Numbered from the stretch's first letter, positions 26,572-39,863 are shown. The stretch is DNA of 64,000 nt from Octopus sinensis (GCF_006345805.1 NC_042998.1:190464001-190528000), one strand, 5' to 3'. Notes: a model not told the origin generated them from the sequence alone. Program-made: numbers and translations.

Positions 26572-26865
26572 AGTAAATGCGCAGACGAACGAAAAAGAGA
26601 CACAGAAGGTCCCCAACTCCTCATCAGTTATCGGCCAGAGAGCCAAACACAATTTCGTGCCTTTAACGATAATGTCGATTACTTTCTGGTGACCCTGACA
26701 AGACCAGCCGGGAATATGGGACAGAGTACAGTCGTACAGTCTGTACAGTTTGTACTCAGTCCCATTACCGTTAAAGGCACGAAATTGCGTTTCACTCTCT
26801 GGCCGATGATTAAGGAGAAATTGGGGACCTTCTGTGTCTGTTTTCCGTTCGTCTGTGGATTTACT
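26572..26865. repeat. Imperfect inverted repeat (~100-bp arms, ~90-bp spacer)
   Basis: 26572-26674 versus 26763-26865 (cacagaaggtcccca / tggggaccttctgtg; aatttcgtgcctttaacg / cgttaaaggcacgaaatt). Confidence 0.8.
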
Positions 26866-26940
26866 ATACGATTTTTAACATATCAGTTAACAGAACGCAT
26901 CGCACGCTTGGTTTTATTTACAGTAAGTTGTTTATATATA

Positions 26941-28973
26941 TCTTACTATATAAAATACATTGTCGGTGTGTGTGTCCTCTATGTACGGCCAAACCTCTCG
27001 ATCAATCTGTACCATACTTGTGATACATGAATAATTTGACCTGGGAAATAATAATACGGTCTTGATTTATCTTTTTAATTAAAAATAAATAATATTGCTT
27101 TATATATAAAATAAAGTTTCACTTTTTCAAACCGTTTTCTCAATGTCAACTTCCTGTGTCTGGCGTTCTGGCGTAGTAACTAAGTAACCAGCTATTTACA
27201 TACACTTATGTATACATCATTACAGTTGTGACGATTTCTGATAAAAAGGAACTTCTAAAGGTACTTTCATTTTTTTATATTCTTCTTCAGCTTTCTATTT
27301 GTCTATCTGTACATATAGGTTAATTTCTGTAAAAATTTTCCAATGTCAACAGGTCTCCTTCGTATATAAGATATATATTTATGTGTGTGTAAATACATTC
27401 AATACGGAGATACACGCCTCTCCTTCATATCTCAACAGGTCTGTTAAGATATATAGTAATATGAGTGTATGTGTGTGAAAATGCATTCAATACGGAGAGA
27501 GACGCCTTTTTGCGAATGTCAACAGGTCTTTTTCATATATATATATGATATATATTATTGTGTGTGTGTGTGTGTGTGTTTGTGTGTGTGTGTGAGTGAG
27601 TGTGTGTGTGTGTATATAAATAGATTCCATACGGAGATAGAGGCCTTTTTTCACATGTCAACAGGTCTATTTTATATATATAAGACATATTTGTGTGTGT
27701 CCTCTATGGACGGCAAAACAGCTGGATCACTCTATACCATAATTTTCTCTATATTTGCTTATACGTAGGTAAAGACTCATTTCCGTAATTGTCAAAACGT
27801 CTGTTTTATATATGTAAGATATATGAGTGTGTGTGTGTGAGAAAAAATTTCATACGGAGATAGATGCCTTTCTCTAAATTCATTGAAGGATGTACTGTAT
27901 ATTGCACATTGATTTTCCAATATATATTTCGGATATTTTTGGAACAAGTCGCCTTATTAACACTTGATATTTCACATTTTAAACCCGATGTGATTATTCT
28001 TGGCGCAACTCGACTTATTAACACTGGATGTTTCTATCTTAAATCCAATGTGAGTAATTATACTTGTATGTTGCAGGACAAGAACAGTCTTTCAAATCCC
28101 TCCACACTGACATTGATCAGGACCAGGCAGTAGTTTTTTCCAAACCACTTAAATCATGCTGCTCAGGATTCTGAATCCACCTCGACTGTGCAATGGCATC
28201 AGACTAGGGATGAAAGAGATGCGACCTTATATCCTAGAGGCAACAATTATGACTGGGAACTATAAGGGTGGGGACGTCTTCATTCCACCGATCCCGTTAA
28301 TCCCATATGATCTCCCCTTTGAATTTAAATGGTTCTAGTTCCCAGTGAAACTAAGTCTCGCTATAAGCAAATCCCAAGGACAGTCTCTCAAGGTTGTAGG
28401 ACTTCACCTTGCTTCTCTCAGGGGCAATTATATGTAGGATGTTCGCGAGTTGGAAGTCCCCAAAATATTTTCATTCATACATTTCATTTATACTCTCGTC
28501 ATCTGATAGAATATTTGTTAAATGTATTTATCGATAAGAGAGGAGCGCTCGGAGGACGGTTCTTCTCAAATTTATGCATTTCCAGGTTCAACGTGTTTCA
28601 AATAAGTACTGACAATTGAAGGTGTTTGCAAAGACAAAGAACTATCCGCCTTTTTAAACAATTTTAACTGTGAGAACATCGGACAAAACATGTTATTGAC
28701 ATATACAGTTGGTACCTTAGCTAATAACTGTTGAGAACTGCATGATTCATGTTTCGCTTTGAGATTTAAAAGGTATACCTAAATTTCATTATTTTCAATA
28801 ACCTGGGAAACGTATAAAGATGGTATTTTGAGACTTGCTACTAAGTGAGATTTGTTACTATGTGAGATTTGCGTAGCCTATGTTTCATGTTAGACAGAGA
28901 TATAGAGATCTAAAGGGCTTTTTGAAATTTCCTTATTTTCTTTAACCCGGGCAATACCGGGTATTTCTGCTAG
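26941..28973 (+). mobile_element. Non-autonomous Helitron with both termini (2033 bp)
   Basis: A|TCTTACTATATAAAA 5' end; 3' hairpin acccgg-gcaata-ccgggt at 28945-62, then CTAG (28970-73)|T; internal helicase relic. Confidence 0.85.
28060..28480 (+). pseudogene. Helitron PIF1-like helicase C-terminal relic
   Basis: LLRILNPPRLCNGIRL...IPLIPYDLPFEFK...PCFSQGQLYVGCSRVG, with frameshifts. Confidence 0.88.
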
Positions 28974-28982
28974 TGTATATAT

Positions 28983-29094
<112 letters not shown>

Positions 29095-29493
29095 TCTGTA
29101 TATATATAATGAAATTGAGAAACGCTGTCTAGATTACGTAAGGTCTCAACAGCTAGTAGCTGAGATACCAACTTTCTACATAATTCTGCAACCCATGCCA
29201 GCATGGAACATAGATGTCAAGTTTTATGTGAAAAGAAAGTTTTCAACTTATATATGTATATAAAGTAAGTACATGTTTGTCTAACTTACTTTGTAACAAA
29301 AATCAGGTACAGATTATAAACAATGAAAGGCTGTGCGTACAGTACACGCGCGCGCACACACCACACATACACACGCACACACAAGATAGCGAATATATCA
29401 CGTTATTGTTTCACTTTTATACATATAGATATACATTCATGCTGTCAGTCGAAAAGTGGAGTAACATTTTTGTATACGACATGGACCTACTAT

Positions 29494-29775
29494 TCATATG
29501 AGTGCTTCATCATATACCGTGTTTTCTGTCTTGCCATGTTTATCACTGAGAATGTAGAGGTTCTTTTCATCTCCAACTCTAGAATATCCAACATACAGCT
29601 GACCATGTAAGAAGCAAAGTTGAAGGAGGTTAAGTTCCACCACCTTTAGAGATTGGTCTTGTGCTTTGTTGATAGACATTGCAAAGCTAAGTTTGACAAG
29701 GAACTGCAGTCTCTTGAACTGAAAAGGGGAGATCATATGAGATGAGAGGTATCCTGGGAATGAATACATTCTCAC
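29494..29775 (-). pseudogene. Helitron helicase extreme C-terminus (third relic)
   Basis: PFQFKRLQFLVKLSFAMSINKAQDQSL...HGQLYVGYSRVG...TENTVYDEAL*. Confidence 0.88.
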
Positions 29776-30959
29776 TCATCATGTTGCCTGTAATTATTGT
29801 TGCTCAAAATGTCTTGTCGCTCTATTAGCGACCGGTTTCAACTCTCTCAGGAACTTAAATAAAACTCAAAGTAAAAACATTTCTCTCTCTCTCTCCATGT
29901 CTCTCTCCGTCCACACACACACATCTTCGCACACATACTCATGGTCTGAGTATGTATGCAAATATCTTTCGGAGGCGAAGTTTGTATTTTTTCCTTCCTA
30001 GATCAAAATATAGAACTAATCCAGTATTAGGACTGCTTTAATCGACAAACCAAACTTGCACGTTTGTTAGAAACGATTGCTGTTAAACAATGAGTGGTTA
30101 AACGCTGATTGGCAGAATCAGTAGAGAATCAGACAAAAATGCATTCAGGTTTTTGAAGGACGTAGCCGCATGTTGTTTCACAGACACATCACATACAGAT
30201 AAAGCCAGCTTGGTTTCTTTGTTTCTGTGTTGTCATAAAAACAAAGAAAGCCACAACACCTGAATCTTCAGCGATCACTTCAAGTCAGTAGAGTACAGCA
30301 GTTATGTTTGTTACGTATTCTGGTTAATAGGGATTCTAAAAGTATTGTTATATAAAAGAGAGTGACTAGTTTATTGCTGCACAAATTATAGAGAGCAAGA
30401 AGGAAAGAGGAGGTTCTACATAGTCACTTGTAGAAATAGCAGCCAAATCTCCCTCACACCCTACCATTTTAGAAAAAAAAAGAATGCAGTACTAGATGTT
30501 CTATACGTAAGAAAGAGACAGGATTGCCACACACATAGAACATCGTCCTTCATAGGCCTACACGAACACTAACAACTACAACAAAAAACTACTCAACAAC
30601 GAGAGGTTTTTGGTAATTGTTAGACCAATTAGAAATAGCAGTCAAAATTCCCTCGAATCACACCCACTGTCGTCAACCCCAACGAACACATTGGATAATA
30701 TAGAACTAGATACATTAGGTCTCAAAAGGGGTCGAGATAGTCACGGCTTGATCACATGTCTACTGAAACATGGTGAACCTGGGGCTAAACAACAACAACA
30801 ACCTCCGCTTCCTTCTACACTCTATAGGTTCCTGTCAGAAAATAATTGGAATTCTTCCCATTTCTAACAGTGTTTTGGTTATATAATACGTCTTAGCAAA
30901 ACAGCAGGAACAGTCACATGGAAAGTAGTGCAATGTTGATATATTTATATATATATATT

Positions 30960-31016
<57 letters not shown>

Positions 31017-31877
31017 TATATATATACATATATATACACACACACACATATATATATATACACATGTATGTATGTATGTATGTATGTATCTATATCTCTG
31101 TATACATACATACCTATATGTATATATATACGCATGATAGTACTAAAGTATGAACATGTGTGTACGTCATGTATGTATGTGTATATGTACACAAACACAG
31201 CCAAATACACACGTATTCACACATGTATACTGTTGTATAATGTTAAAATAAAGCATTAATTCTTCAATTTCTGAATGTCAAGGGATGGCAGAATTGGTAT
31301 GAAACTGGATAAAAATATACAAAGGAACAAAACAAAAAAAGAAGCTAAAACAAAACAAATAAACAAAACTAAACTTTGCAATATTTTACTTATGTTCTAA
31401 GTTCAAAAACCGTTAACTTAGCATTTCTCTCTCCGAGATCGATAAAATAATTACCTTAGGAAAGTATGTTAGTTCAATTGCCATGAGCACTGTAGATCCT
31501 AACGTTCTGGGTATCTGGTTTTCGCTAGAGAGAGTGAAGAAGAGAAGGTAATGTTGCCACTTTGGCTTCAGTCTGTAATTAACTGGCTTTACTTGTCTCC
31601 ATCCCACCGAACACCGCCTCTCTCTTAACCATTTGCCTGAACTGTATATCACATGTAATACACAAGACATGTCTCCCTGACGTCCACGCATTTTATATGA
31701 TACATATCCCTAATTTGGTTTTTAATCACCAGAGTAACTTAGGACTTACGAAAAGAAAGCTTTATTTACATTACTCGGAATGTGTGAAACAACTTACAGT
31801 CTAAAAGCAAGCTTGGGCGTTTAGGACAAACATGAAAATCTTCGAATTGGTTTCACATTCAGTATAATGATGCACTT

Positions 31878-34361
31878 TTATAGGCTAAAGAAAATAAGGA
31901 AGTTTAAAAATGCCATTTAGATATCTAACAAGCATGAAACATGGACTACGCAGGTCTCACTTCTTAGTAGCTGAGATATCAAATTTATATGGTAATAACC
32001 CGGCGTTTCCCACGTTATTGGAAATAATGAAATTTAGGTATACTTTTTAAATCTCTAAGCAAAACAAAACATAAATCATGCAGTTCTCAACAGTTATTAG
32101 CTGAGGTACCAACTGTATATGTCAATAACATGTTTTGTCCGATGTTCTCACAGTTAAAATTGTTTAAAAAGGCGGGTAGTTCTTTGTCTTTGCAATCGCC
32201 TTCAATTGTCAGTACTTATTTGAAACACGTTGAACCTGAAAATGCATAAATTTGAGAAGAACCGCCCTCCGAGCACTCCTCTCTTATTAATGAATACATT
32301 TAACAAAAATTCTATCAGATGACGGGAGTATAAATGAAATGTATGAATGAAAATATTTTGGGGATTTCCAACTCGCGAACATCCTACATATAATGGCCCC
32401 TGAGAGAAGCAAGGAGAAGCAAGGTGAAATCCAACAACCTTGAGAGACTTTCCTTGGGATTTGTTTATAGCGAGACTTAGTTTTACTGGGAACTGGAACC
32501 GTTTAAATTCAAAGGGCAGATCATATGGGATTAACGGGATCCGTGGAATGAAGACATCCCACCCATATAGTTCTCAGTCATAATTGCTGATAGTATATAA
32601 GGTCGCATCTCTTTCACCACCAGTCTGGTGCCATTGCACAGTCGAGGTGGATCCAGATTCCTGAGCAGCATGATTGGGGCACCCTTTTTAAGTGTTAAGT
32701 GGTGAGGTGTCATCCAAGATGGTTGTCGAGAACTCAGGAACTCAGTTGGAAAAATGACAGCCTGGTCCTGATCAATGTCAGTGTGGAGGGATTTGAAAAG
32801 CTGTTCTTGTCCTGCAACATACAAGTATAATTACTCACATTGGATTTAAAACAGAAATACCCAGTGTTAATAAGTCGAGTTGCGCCAAGAATAATCACAT
32901 CCGAAAATATCCGAAATATATATTGGAAAATCAATGTGCAATATACGGTACCTCCAATTAATTGAGAAAAAGGCGTCTATGAATTTTTTTTCTCTCACAC
33001 ACCCATTCACATAACTATATATCTTATGTATATGAAACAAATCTGTTGACAATTGATCAATTAAATGAAAGAAAAGGCGTCTATCTCCGTATGAATTTGT
33101 TTCATTCACACACTCACATAAATATATATCTTAGATATATAAAACAGACCTGCTGACAATAGAAAATTTTTTACGGAAATGAACTTTTATTTACGGATAC
33201 ACAAACGGAAAGGTAGAGAAGATTATGGTATAGAGTGATCCAGCTGTTTGGTCGTCCATAGAGGACATTCACAAATAAATATCTTAATATATATATATAT
33301 AAAACAGACCTGTTGACATATGAAAAAAAGGCCTCTATCTCCGTATGGAATCTATTCACACACACACACAAGCACGCAAACACACACACGCACGCATACA
33401 CACACACACACGCACACACGCACACACGCACACACACAATAATATATGTCATATATATGAAACACACCTGTTGGCATCTGAATAAAAAGGCGTCTATCTC
33501 CGTATTGAATGTATTTTCACACACACACACATTAATATATATCTTAACAGACCTGTTGACATGTGAAAGAGAAGCGTCTTTCTCTGTGTAGAATGTATTT
33601 ACACATACATAAATATATATCTTATGTATGAAGGCGAGCTGGCAGAAACGTTAGCGCGCCGGGCGAAATGCTTAGCGGTATTTCGTCTGTCGTTACGTTC
33701 TGAGTTCAAATTCCGCCGAGGTCGACTTTGCCTTTCATCCTTTCGGGGTCGATAAATAAATTACCAGTTTCGCACTGGGGTCGATGTAATCGACTTAATC
33801 CGTTTGCCTGTCCTTGTTTGTCCCCTCTGTGTTTAGCCCCTTGTGGGTAGTAAAGAAATAGGTATTTCGTCTGTCGTTACGTTCTGAGTTCAAATTCCAC
33901 CGAGGTCGACTTTGCCTTTCATCCTTTCGGGGTCGATAAATAAATTACCAGTTTCGCACTAGGGTCGATGTAATCGACTTAATCCGTTTGTCTGTCCTTG
34001 TTTGTCCCCTCTGTGTTTAGCCCCTTGTGGGCAATAAAGAAATATATATATGAAGCAGACCTGTTGTCATTGGAAATTTTCTACAGAAATGAACCTGTAC
34101 GTACAGATACACAAATAAAAAGCTGGAGAAGAATATAAAAAAGTACCTTTAGAAATTATTATTTTTTAAATCAGAAATCGTCACAACTGTAATGATGTAT
34201 ACATACGTGTGTGTAAATAGCTGGTTACTTAGTTACTACGTCAGAACGTCAGACTCAGAAAGTTGACATTGAAAAAACGGTTTGAAGAAATGAAACTTTA
34301 TTTTATATATAAAGCAATATTATCTATTTTTAATTAAAAAAAATAAATCAAGACCGTATTA
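31878..34361 (-). mobile_element. Second copy of the Helitron family (inverted, termini lost), interrupted by a SINE B dimer
   Basis: Reverse-complement homology to 27050-28943; FPTEFL...HHLTLKKGAPIMLLRNLDPPRLCNGTRL at 32531-32824. Confidence 0.85.
33631..34044 (+). mobile_element. SINE family B, body dimer
   Basis: One head and two bodies joined at aaagaaata-gg-tatttcgtc; short TSD tatgaag. Confidence 0.92.
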
Positions 34362-34769
34362 GGATCTTTTCGGTTAGAACGGCAGCTTTTTCTAGCGGTG
34401 TCATATGAAATTGTCACCCATAATTATGACCCTAGTATCGATCTATTGCATTTCAATGTTTTAGGGTTAGGGGTGGGGGGAAGGGTATCTTTTTTTCTTC
34501 ACAAATGTAAATAAACCCAATCTGTTTCTTAAACGAGGGACATTTTTATACGGCACAGAATGTTTTCACCTCAGTAGACGTCATAGATTGGTTGAAATTG
34601 CAGAAATTGAAGAAAAAAACAACAAATATCTTACAAACTATAGAATTTTCTCAATAAAACCAAGAGAAAAAGATGTTTTATAAACACATTCTACCAGTAT
34701 ACGAAGTATAAAAGTGTTTAGTTACGTGGAAATTATTTTAAAAAACTGCCGTTCAAACCGAAAAGCTCC
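34362..34769 (-). mobile_element. Telomere-repeat MITE copy (reverse orientation)
   Basis: Same TIRs; flanks ccgtatta / (c)cgtattt; tttagggttaggg at ~34461-34473. Confidence 0.88.
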
Positions 34770-35205
34770 CGTATTTTATATAGCATGATTAATGACGTGA
34801 AAGTAATTTTCGCTTTAAGTCAATAAAGAGCTATTAGCAATTAAAGTCTGAAAATTTTGGTAATTTTAACCAGTCATAAGCAACAGACACATTCATGCCT
34901 GTTTCGATAGTAAGAATCAGAACATACGAACACTTTTGTCTCTCAACGTGCCTGTTGCTATACTAACAAGCGAATCCGAGCAGTCTTTGAAAAGTCGTTT
35001 ATCTGCGCGGGAAGCACGTGTTGACAAATTTGTCGCTGTGTTCTGTGCTCTGTAATTATTGCAGCAAGCTCCAGCAACTTCGGTTCTATTATGGAAACAT
35101 TGAAAGCAGAGAAGGATATTTTAAAAATTAAAACCGGAAGCTAAATGTTTGTTTTTGAAAGAATATTTTGTTCACTCTTGTTTCTATAGATAACATATAA
35201 ACATG

Positions 35206-35700
35206 GGATCTTTTCCTTTTGAACGGCACTTTTCAACACAATTTCTAGTTAATTAAACACTTTTAAACTTCGTATACTGGTAGAATGTGTTTATAAAACA
35301 TCATTTTTTCTTGGCTTTATTGAGAAAATTCTATATGTTGTAACATATTTCGTCTTTGATTTCGAGCATTTCGGCAATTTTAACCAATCGCTGACCTCCA
35401 TTTAGGTAAATAACATTCTGTGCATAATGAATATGTCCCTCCTTTAAGAAACAGATTGGGTTTATTTACATTTGTGAAGAAAAAAGATACCCTTCCCCCA
35501 ACCCTAACCCTAACCCTAACTAACCCTAACTCACCCTAACTCTGACCCTAAATCTAAAATAGATTGAAATGCAATAGATCGATACTAGGGCCATAATTAT
35601 GGGTGACATTTTCATTTGACACCGCTAAAAAATCCATTTTCCGTAGCGGTGTCGTATGAAATTGTCACCCATAATAATAACCCTAGTATCGATCTATTGC
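35206..35700 (+). mobile_element. Diverged telomere-repeat MITE with right TIR replaced by a fold-back
   Basis: Left TIR at 35206; degenerate CCCTAA at 35501-35550; 35571-35626 is inverted at 35644-35700. Confidence 0.8.
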
Positions 35701-35785
35701 TGATATACCTTCCATCCTTCATCAGGTGTCTTGGGGAAATTTCGAACCTGGGTTCTCATTCCTAAGGTATTTTTCGATGTTATTA

Positions 35786-35818
<33 letters not shown>

Positions 35819-35900
35819 TATTATTATTATTATTATTATTATTCGAATTCGGAATCTTGGGGTTAGTAGCCCGCACTCTTAACTATTACGCCATATGCCC
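35701..35900 (-). mobile_element. tRNA-headed short element with (AAT)n spacer and truncated hammerhead
   Basis: Minus strand: gggcatatggcgtaatagttaagagtgcgggctactaaccccaagattccgaattcgaat-(aat)n-...acac-CTGATGA-aggatggaaggtatatcagc. Confidence 0.65.
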
Positions 35901-35938
35901 GGGCATATGGCCTAAATAATAATAAAAATAAAAATAAA

Positions 35939-35978
<40 letters not shown>

Positions 35979-36160
35979 GTAATAATAATAATAACAGCAT
36001 CGAAAAATACCTTAGCAATGAGAACTCAAGACACCTGATAAAGGCTGGAAGGTATATCAGCCGAAACATTGTGTTAACAACAAAGATGAGGACACATATC
36101 CGTCAAATGTAAATAATGTAAATAATGTACACAATTCCTCATCTCTTAAATATAGAACAG
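35901..36160 (+). mobile_element. Head-to-head second copy of the same element (head mostly deleted)
   Basis: gggcatatggc-(aat)n-catcgaaaaataccttag...gacacctgat.aagg.tggaaggtatatcagccgaaac. Confidence 0.65.
36031..36074 (+). ncRNA. Hammerhead motif, mutated (G8A, G16.2A)
   Basis: acac-CTGATAA-a-GGCTG/.../CAGCC-GAAAC-ATT-gtgt. The sister copy retains CTGATGA. Confidence 0.55.
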
Positions 36161-37119
36161 AAACAAACCTATCATCAAAAGCGTTGCAGCCATGACCATC
36201 TCATATTTTCTCTGGCATAACATTTCAGGCATTACATTATTTAACGAGTCCTTTATTTTCAAGATACTAAACTGTGATTTTCGGTAGATTTAGCCTCTAT
36301 TTCCAGCTTAAAGGCTGCTTTATTTGTTCGAGATAAGGGTAGTTTATAGGTAAGTGTTGGTATAGAAAGTTTCTAATTGTTTAATGATTCTACTGAACAA
36401 TATAAGTTTCAGACAATTTTGTTGCAGTTCTTGAGAAAGTTCATTGTTATTTGTTTGTTTGTTTGTTTGTAGAAATAATTATCTTATGGAAGTTTCTTTA
36501 GGATGAAAATATTACTTCAACGATTTTCTAAGTTTACTAATGTCAACAGTTGTCGAAAATAATTAAAAATATGCCACTTGCTTTGAAAAGATCATATTGC
36601 ATGGTTTGTTTTGCCAAACGTTTAATATAGAAAGCATTTCTACTTGGCAGTTATTTGCATAGTGTCAGGCAGTGAATTATTGCGCTTGACATTTGCTTAT
36701 GAATAATTAAAGAATAATTATAGCAGCCCATAATCTTCTTCCAGTAACTAATTAAGCTTTGTTGGATCGAAGACAAAGATTCCATCATTTGGAGCGATGT
36801 CAAAAAAAGTTCTTCAATATTATATAAAGATAACTTATTTTCGTGTAGAGCAAAAGAAAAAAGGAAGATAATATTGTTTTTATGATGAACTAACGAGAAA
36901 TTTTAAGGTTCTTTATTGACTTCAGCGTAAGATGAAAGTTAATTTCAAAAGGAAAAAATGGTAACAGATTAAATGGAAACAAAAAAAGAAATGTCTTAAG
37001 CCAATTGGGTGAATTGAGATAAAGCGTGTATAATGCAATGATTGGACTAGGCAAAATAATTTTTTGATAAATGAATTGAAATTTTATATTCAGTTGTGCT
37101 ATCTGTCTTGAAATCGTGG

Positions 37120-38211
37120 CCGTTACATTTTTTTTTATATCTCGAAGGCTACGCTTTTGCAATCAAAGAACAGGAAATAGCCACGAAATATCTTCTGAAA
37201 AAACGAAAACAAACTTCCAAGATGCAAACGTTAGTGTCGATTATGCCTCTCTTCTTTCGTGACATAATACATGTAATCAGCTACTGCTCCTTCCATCGAG
37301 GACATAATGTTGTTGCTAAAACAATACACAGTGTCATCTACCTGAAAGACTGTCTTGGGATGAATATAAACAACACCTGTAAGGCGGCGAGCTGGCAGAC
37401 ACGTTAGCGCGCCGAGTGAAATACTTAGCGGTATTTTGTCTGTGGTTACGTTCTGAGTTCAAATTCTGCCGAGGTCGACTTTGCCTTTCATCCTTTCGGG
37501 GTCGATAAATTAAGTACCAGTTACGCACTGGGGTCGATATAATCGACTTAATCCGTTTGTCTGTTCTTGTTTGTCCTCTCTGTGTTTAGCCCCTTGTGGG
37601 TAGTAAAGAAATAGGTATTTCGTCTGTCGTTACGTTCTGAGTTCAAATTCCGCCGAGGTGGACTTTGCCTTTCATCCTTTGGGGGTCGATAAATTAAGTA
37701 CCACTTACGCACTGGGGTCGATGTAATCGACTTAATCCCTTTGTCTGTCCTTGTTTGTCCCCTCTATGTTTAGCCCCTTTTGGGTAATAAAGAAATATAT
37801 AAACAACACCTGTATTGTTGAATACATGCATGTCAGCAAAAAGAATATTGGTGGGACATCATAAAACTGCTACTAAGTTCAAACATAGCAGGACTGGTAT
37901 TTGAGACATGAAAGAGCAATCGTATCGTCATAAAGGTTAACTAACATGCAGATGTGAACATATCTTCTAAAATCAGGGAGAAAGAATATTTTTGGATAAC
38001 TGCTTCAAAACTGAAGCCTCTCTACTTAGATTATATATTCACATCTATGCTACTAATCATTGGTGCACTTGGTTAAGTTAGTAAGTGTTTCAATGACAAT
38101 CTGGAAAAGTTAGGCTTTTCAGGAAAAGAAGGCGCCCGGTTAACAGGCACTTTACAGATTCACTTAGTTCGTGGACTAGTAAAGAATATGCAAGAATTTC
38201 CTAAATCTTAA
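37120..38211 (+). mobile_element. Decayed RLE-type (R4/Dong-like) non-LTR retrotransposon 3' part
   Basis: EGYAFAIKEQEIATKY; CRLC...IIHVIS.C...HNVVAKTIH; KEYWWDI..KTATKFKHSR; DVNISSKIREKE; LIIGALG. Confidence 0.75.
37381..37796 (+). mobile_element. SINE family B, body dimer, with 17-bp TSD
   Basis: TSD atataaacaacacctgt at 37364-80 and 37797-813. Confidence 0.93.
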
Positions 38212-39294
38212 TATGCAGCAATTATACTTATTATCCAAATTCCAGGGACAGACCTTCTGTTTCTATGTTATAAACCAGCTCCCTCTTAGGAATAATTCTT
38301 ACAAAAAGTGAAAAAAAGCACACATCTATCTGTCTGTTTGCGTGTGTGTGTGGGCACGCGTGCACGTGTACCTGTGTGTGTGTGTACGTGTGTGTGTATG
38401 TGTGTGTTTATGTGTGTATGGGTGTGAGCGCAGGGTTTTATACAATGCATGAAACGTTTTTGAATTTTAGAATAAGGGCTTCAATATTTAATCGTATTCA
38501 TTTTTGTTTTTAAATTTTAATTTCTTAATCTCCAACTCAATTCAGTTCAATTAAAAAAAAAATTTCTTTTTCTCTTCTTTGCTCTTTCGCTTGTAATTAT
38601 TGTTCTTTTTTCCCATGTGGCTTCTTAGCAATATTGTTCTTATAACTGTTATTTTTACAGTCAGCTTTCAAGAAATTGCAGGATTCTGCAATGGGATGGA
38701 CTTATACTTGATTCAATGCCAGAATCAATATCAATTACTTTAAACTTTTACAACACTGTGAATATCGATAGGTGAGCCATTGGCCCATCTTCCATTTTAA
38801 CAACTGACCGACTGTCAGAGCTGTTGGCTATATTTTATCTCTATCTTCTGATTATATTTATATGCGCGTATTTCTTTACCTGTAAGATCTTTCCTGGCAT
38901 ATGTTATCTCATGAATTATCACCAAACATATTCGACTCTCTTAAGTTTAGATTCTTTATAGGAGCACCTCGCTTCAGTATATTCTCTTTCATCATTAGGT
39001 TTTCTCGTAAAGTGAATTAGTTATTAGTTTATCAATTGGGGTCACAACACAAGCGTTCTCGTCGCGGTTTCTGTTTGATATGGTTTGCTAATTGTACTAA
39101 TATTATTCTTAATCTTTGAAATTTATGTTTTCTAGTCTCTCGTACTACAATCCCAGTTTCCTAACATCTCATTGGGAAGATCTGATGTGCACCTTATGAA
39201 ATAAATCAATGAATTTATTTGATAGATAAATTCATTGATTTATTTTACTTACTAGTATGCGAACTATTATTTTTACAAAAACAAGTTTCAGTTT

Positions 39295-39357
<63 letters not shown>

Positions 39358-39452
39358 CAGCAAATAAATAAGGTGATTTAATTTGGTTTTCTAATCCCAA
39401 AACTAAATATTAACTAACTGCGTAAGAGTTAAAACTATCTATCTATCTATCT

Positions 39453-39620
39453 TCTTTTTTTTTTCTTTTCCTTTTTTTCTTTTTTTTTGTTCTTTTTTTC
39501 CTTTTACGATCCCTTTTGATCGAAAACCTACGCCACCTTTTTTTTTTCTCCCCCAAAAGAAAAGCTCTACCTTGTAACTTGTCCCATCTGTGTGCAGCCC
39601 TGTGTGACCAATAAAGAAAC
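39453..39620 (+). mobile_element. Tx1/L1-like LINE 3' end, short copy
   Basis: tacgatccc.tttgatcgaaaaccta...ccctgtgtg.c.aataaagaaac; (CTAT)n on both sides. Confidence 0.6.
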
Positions 39621-39664
39621 TTATTTATCTACCTACCTACCTACCTACCTACCTACCTACCTAC

Positions 39665-39715
<51 letters not shown>

Positions 39716-39728
39716 CCTACCTACCTAC

Positions 39729-39863
<135 letters not shown>

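Noticed and set aside
38700-39100. Possible RTE C-terminal relic on the minus strand
   Set aside because: Only a faint RGAP-K-like motif among many stops; insufficient support.
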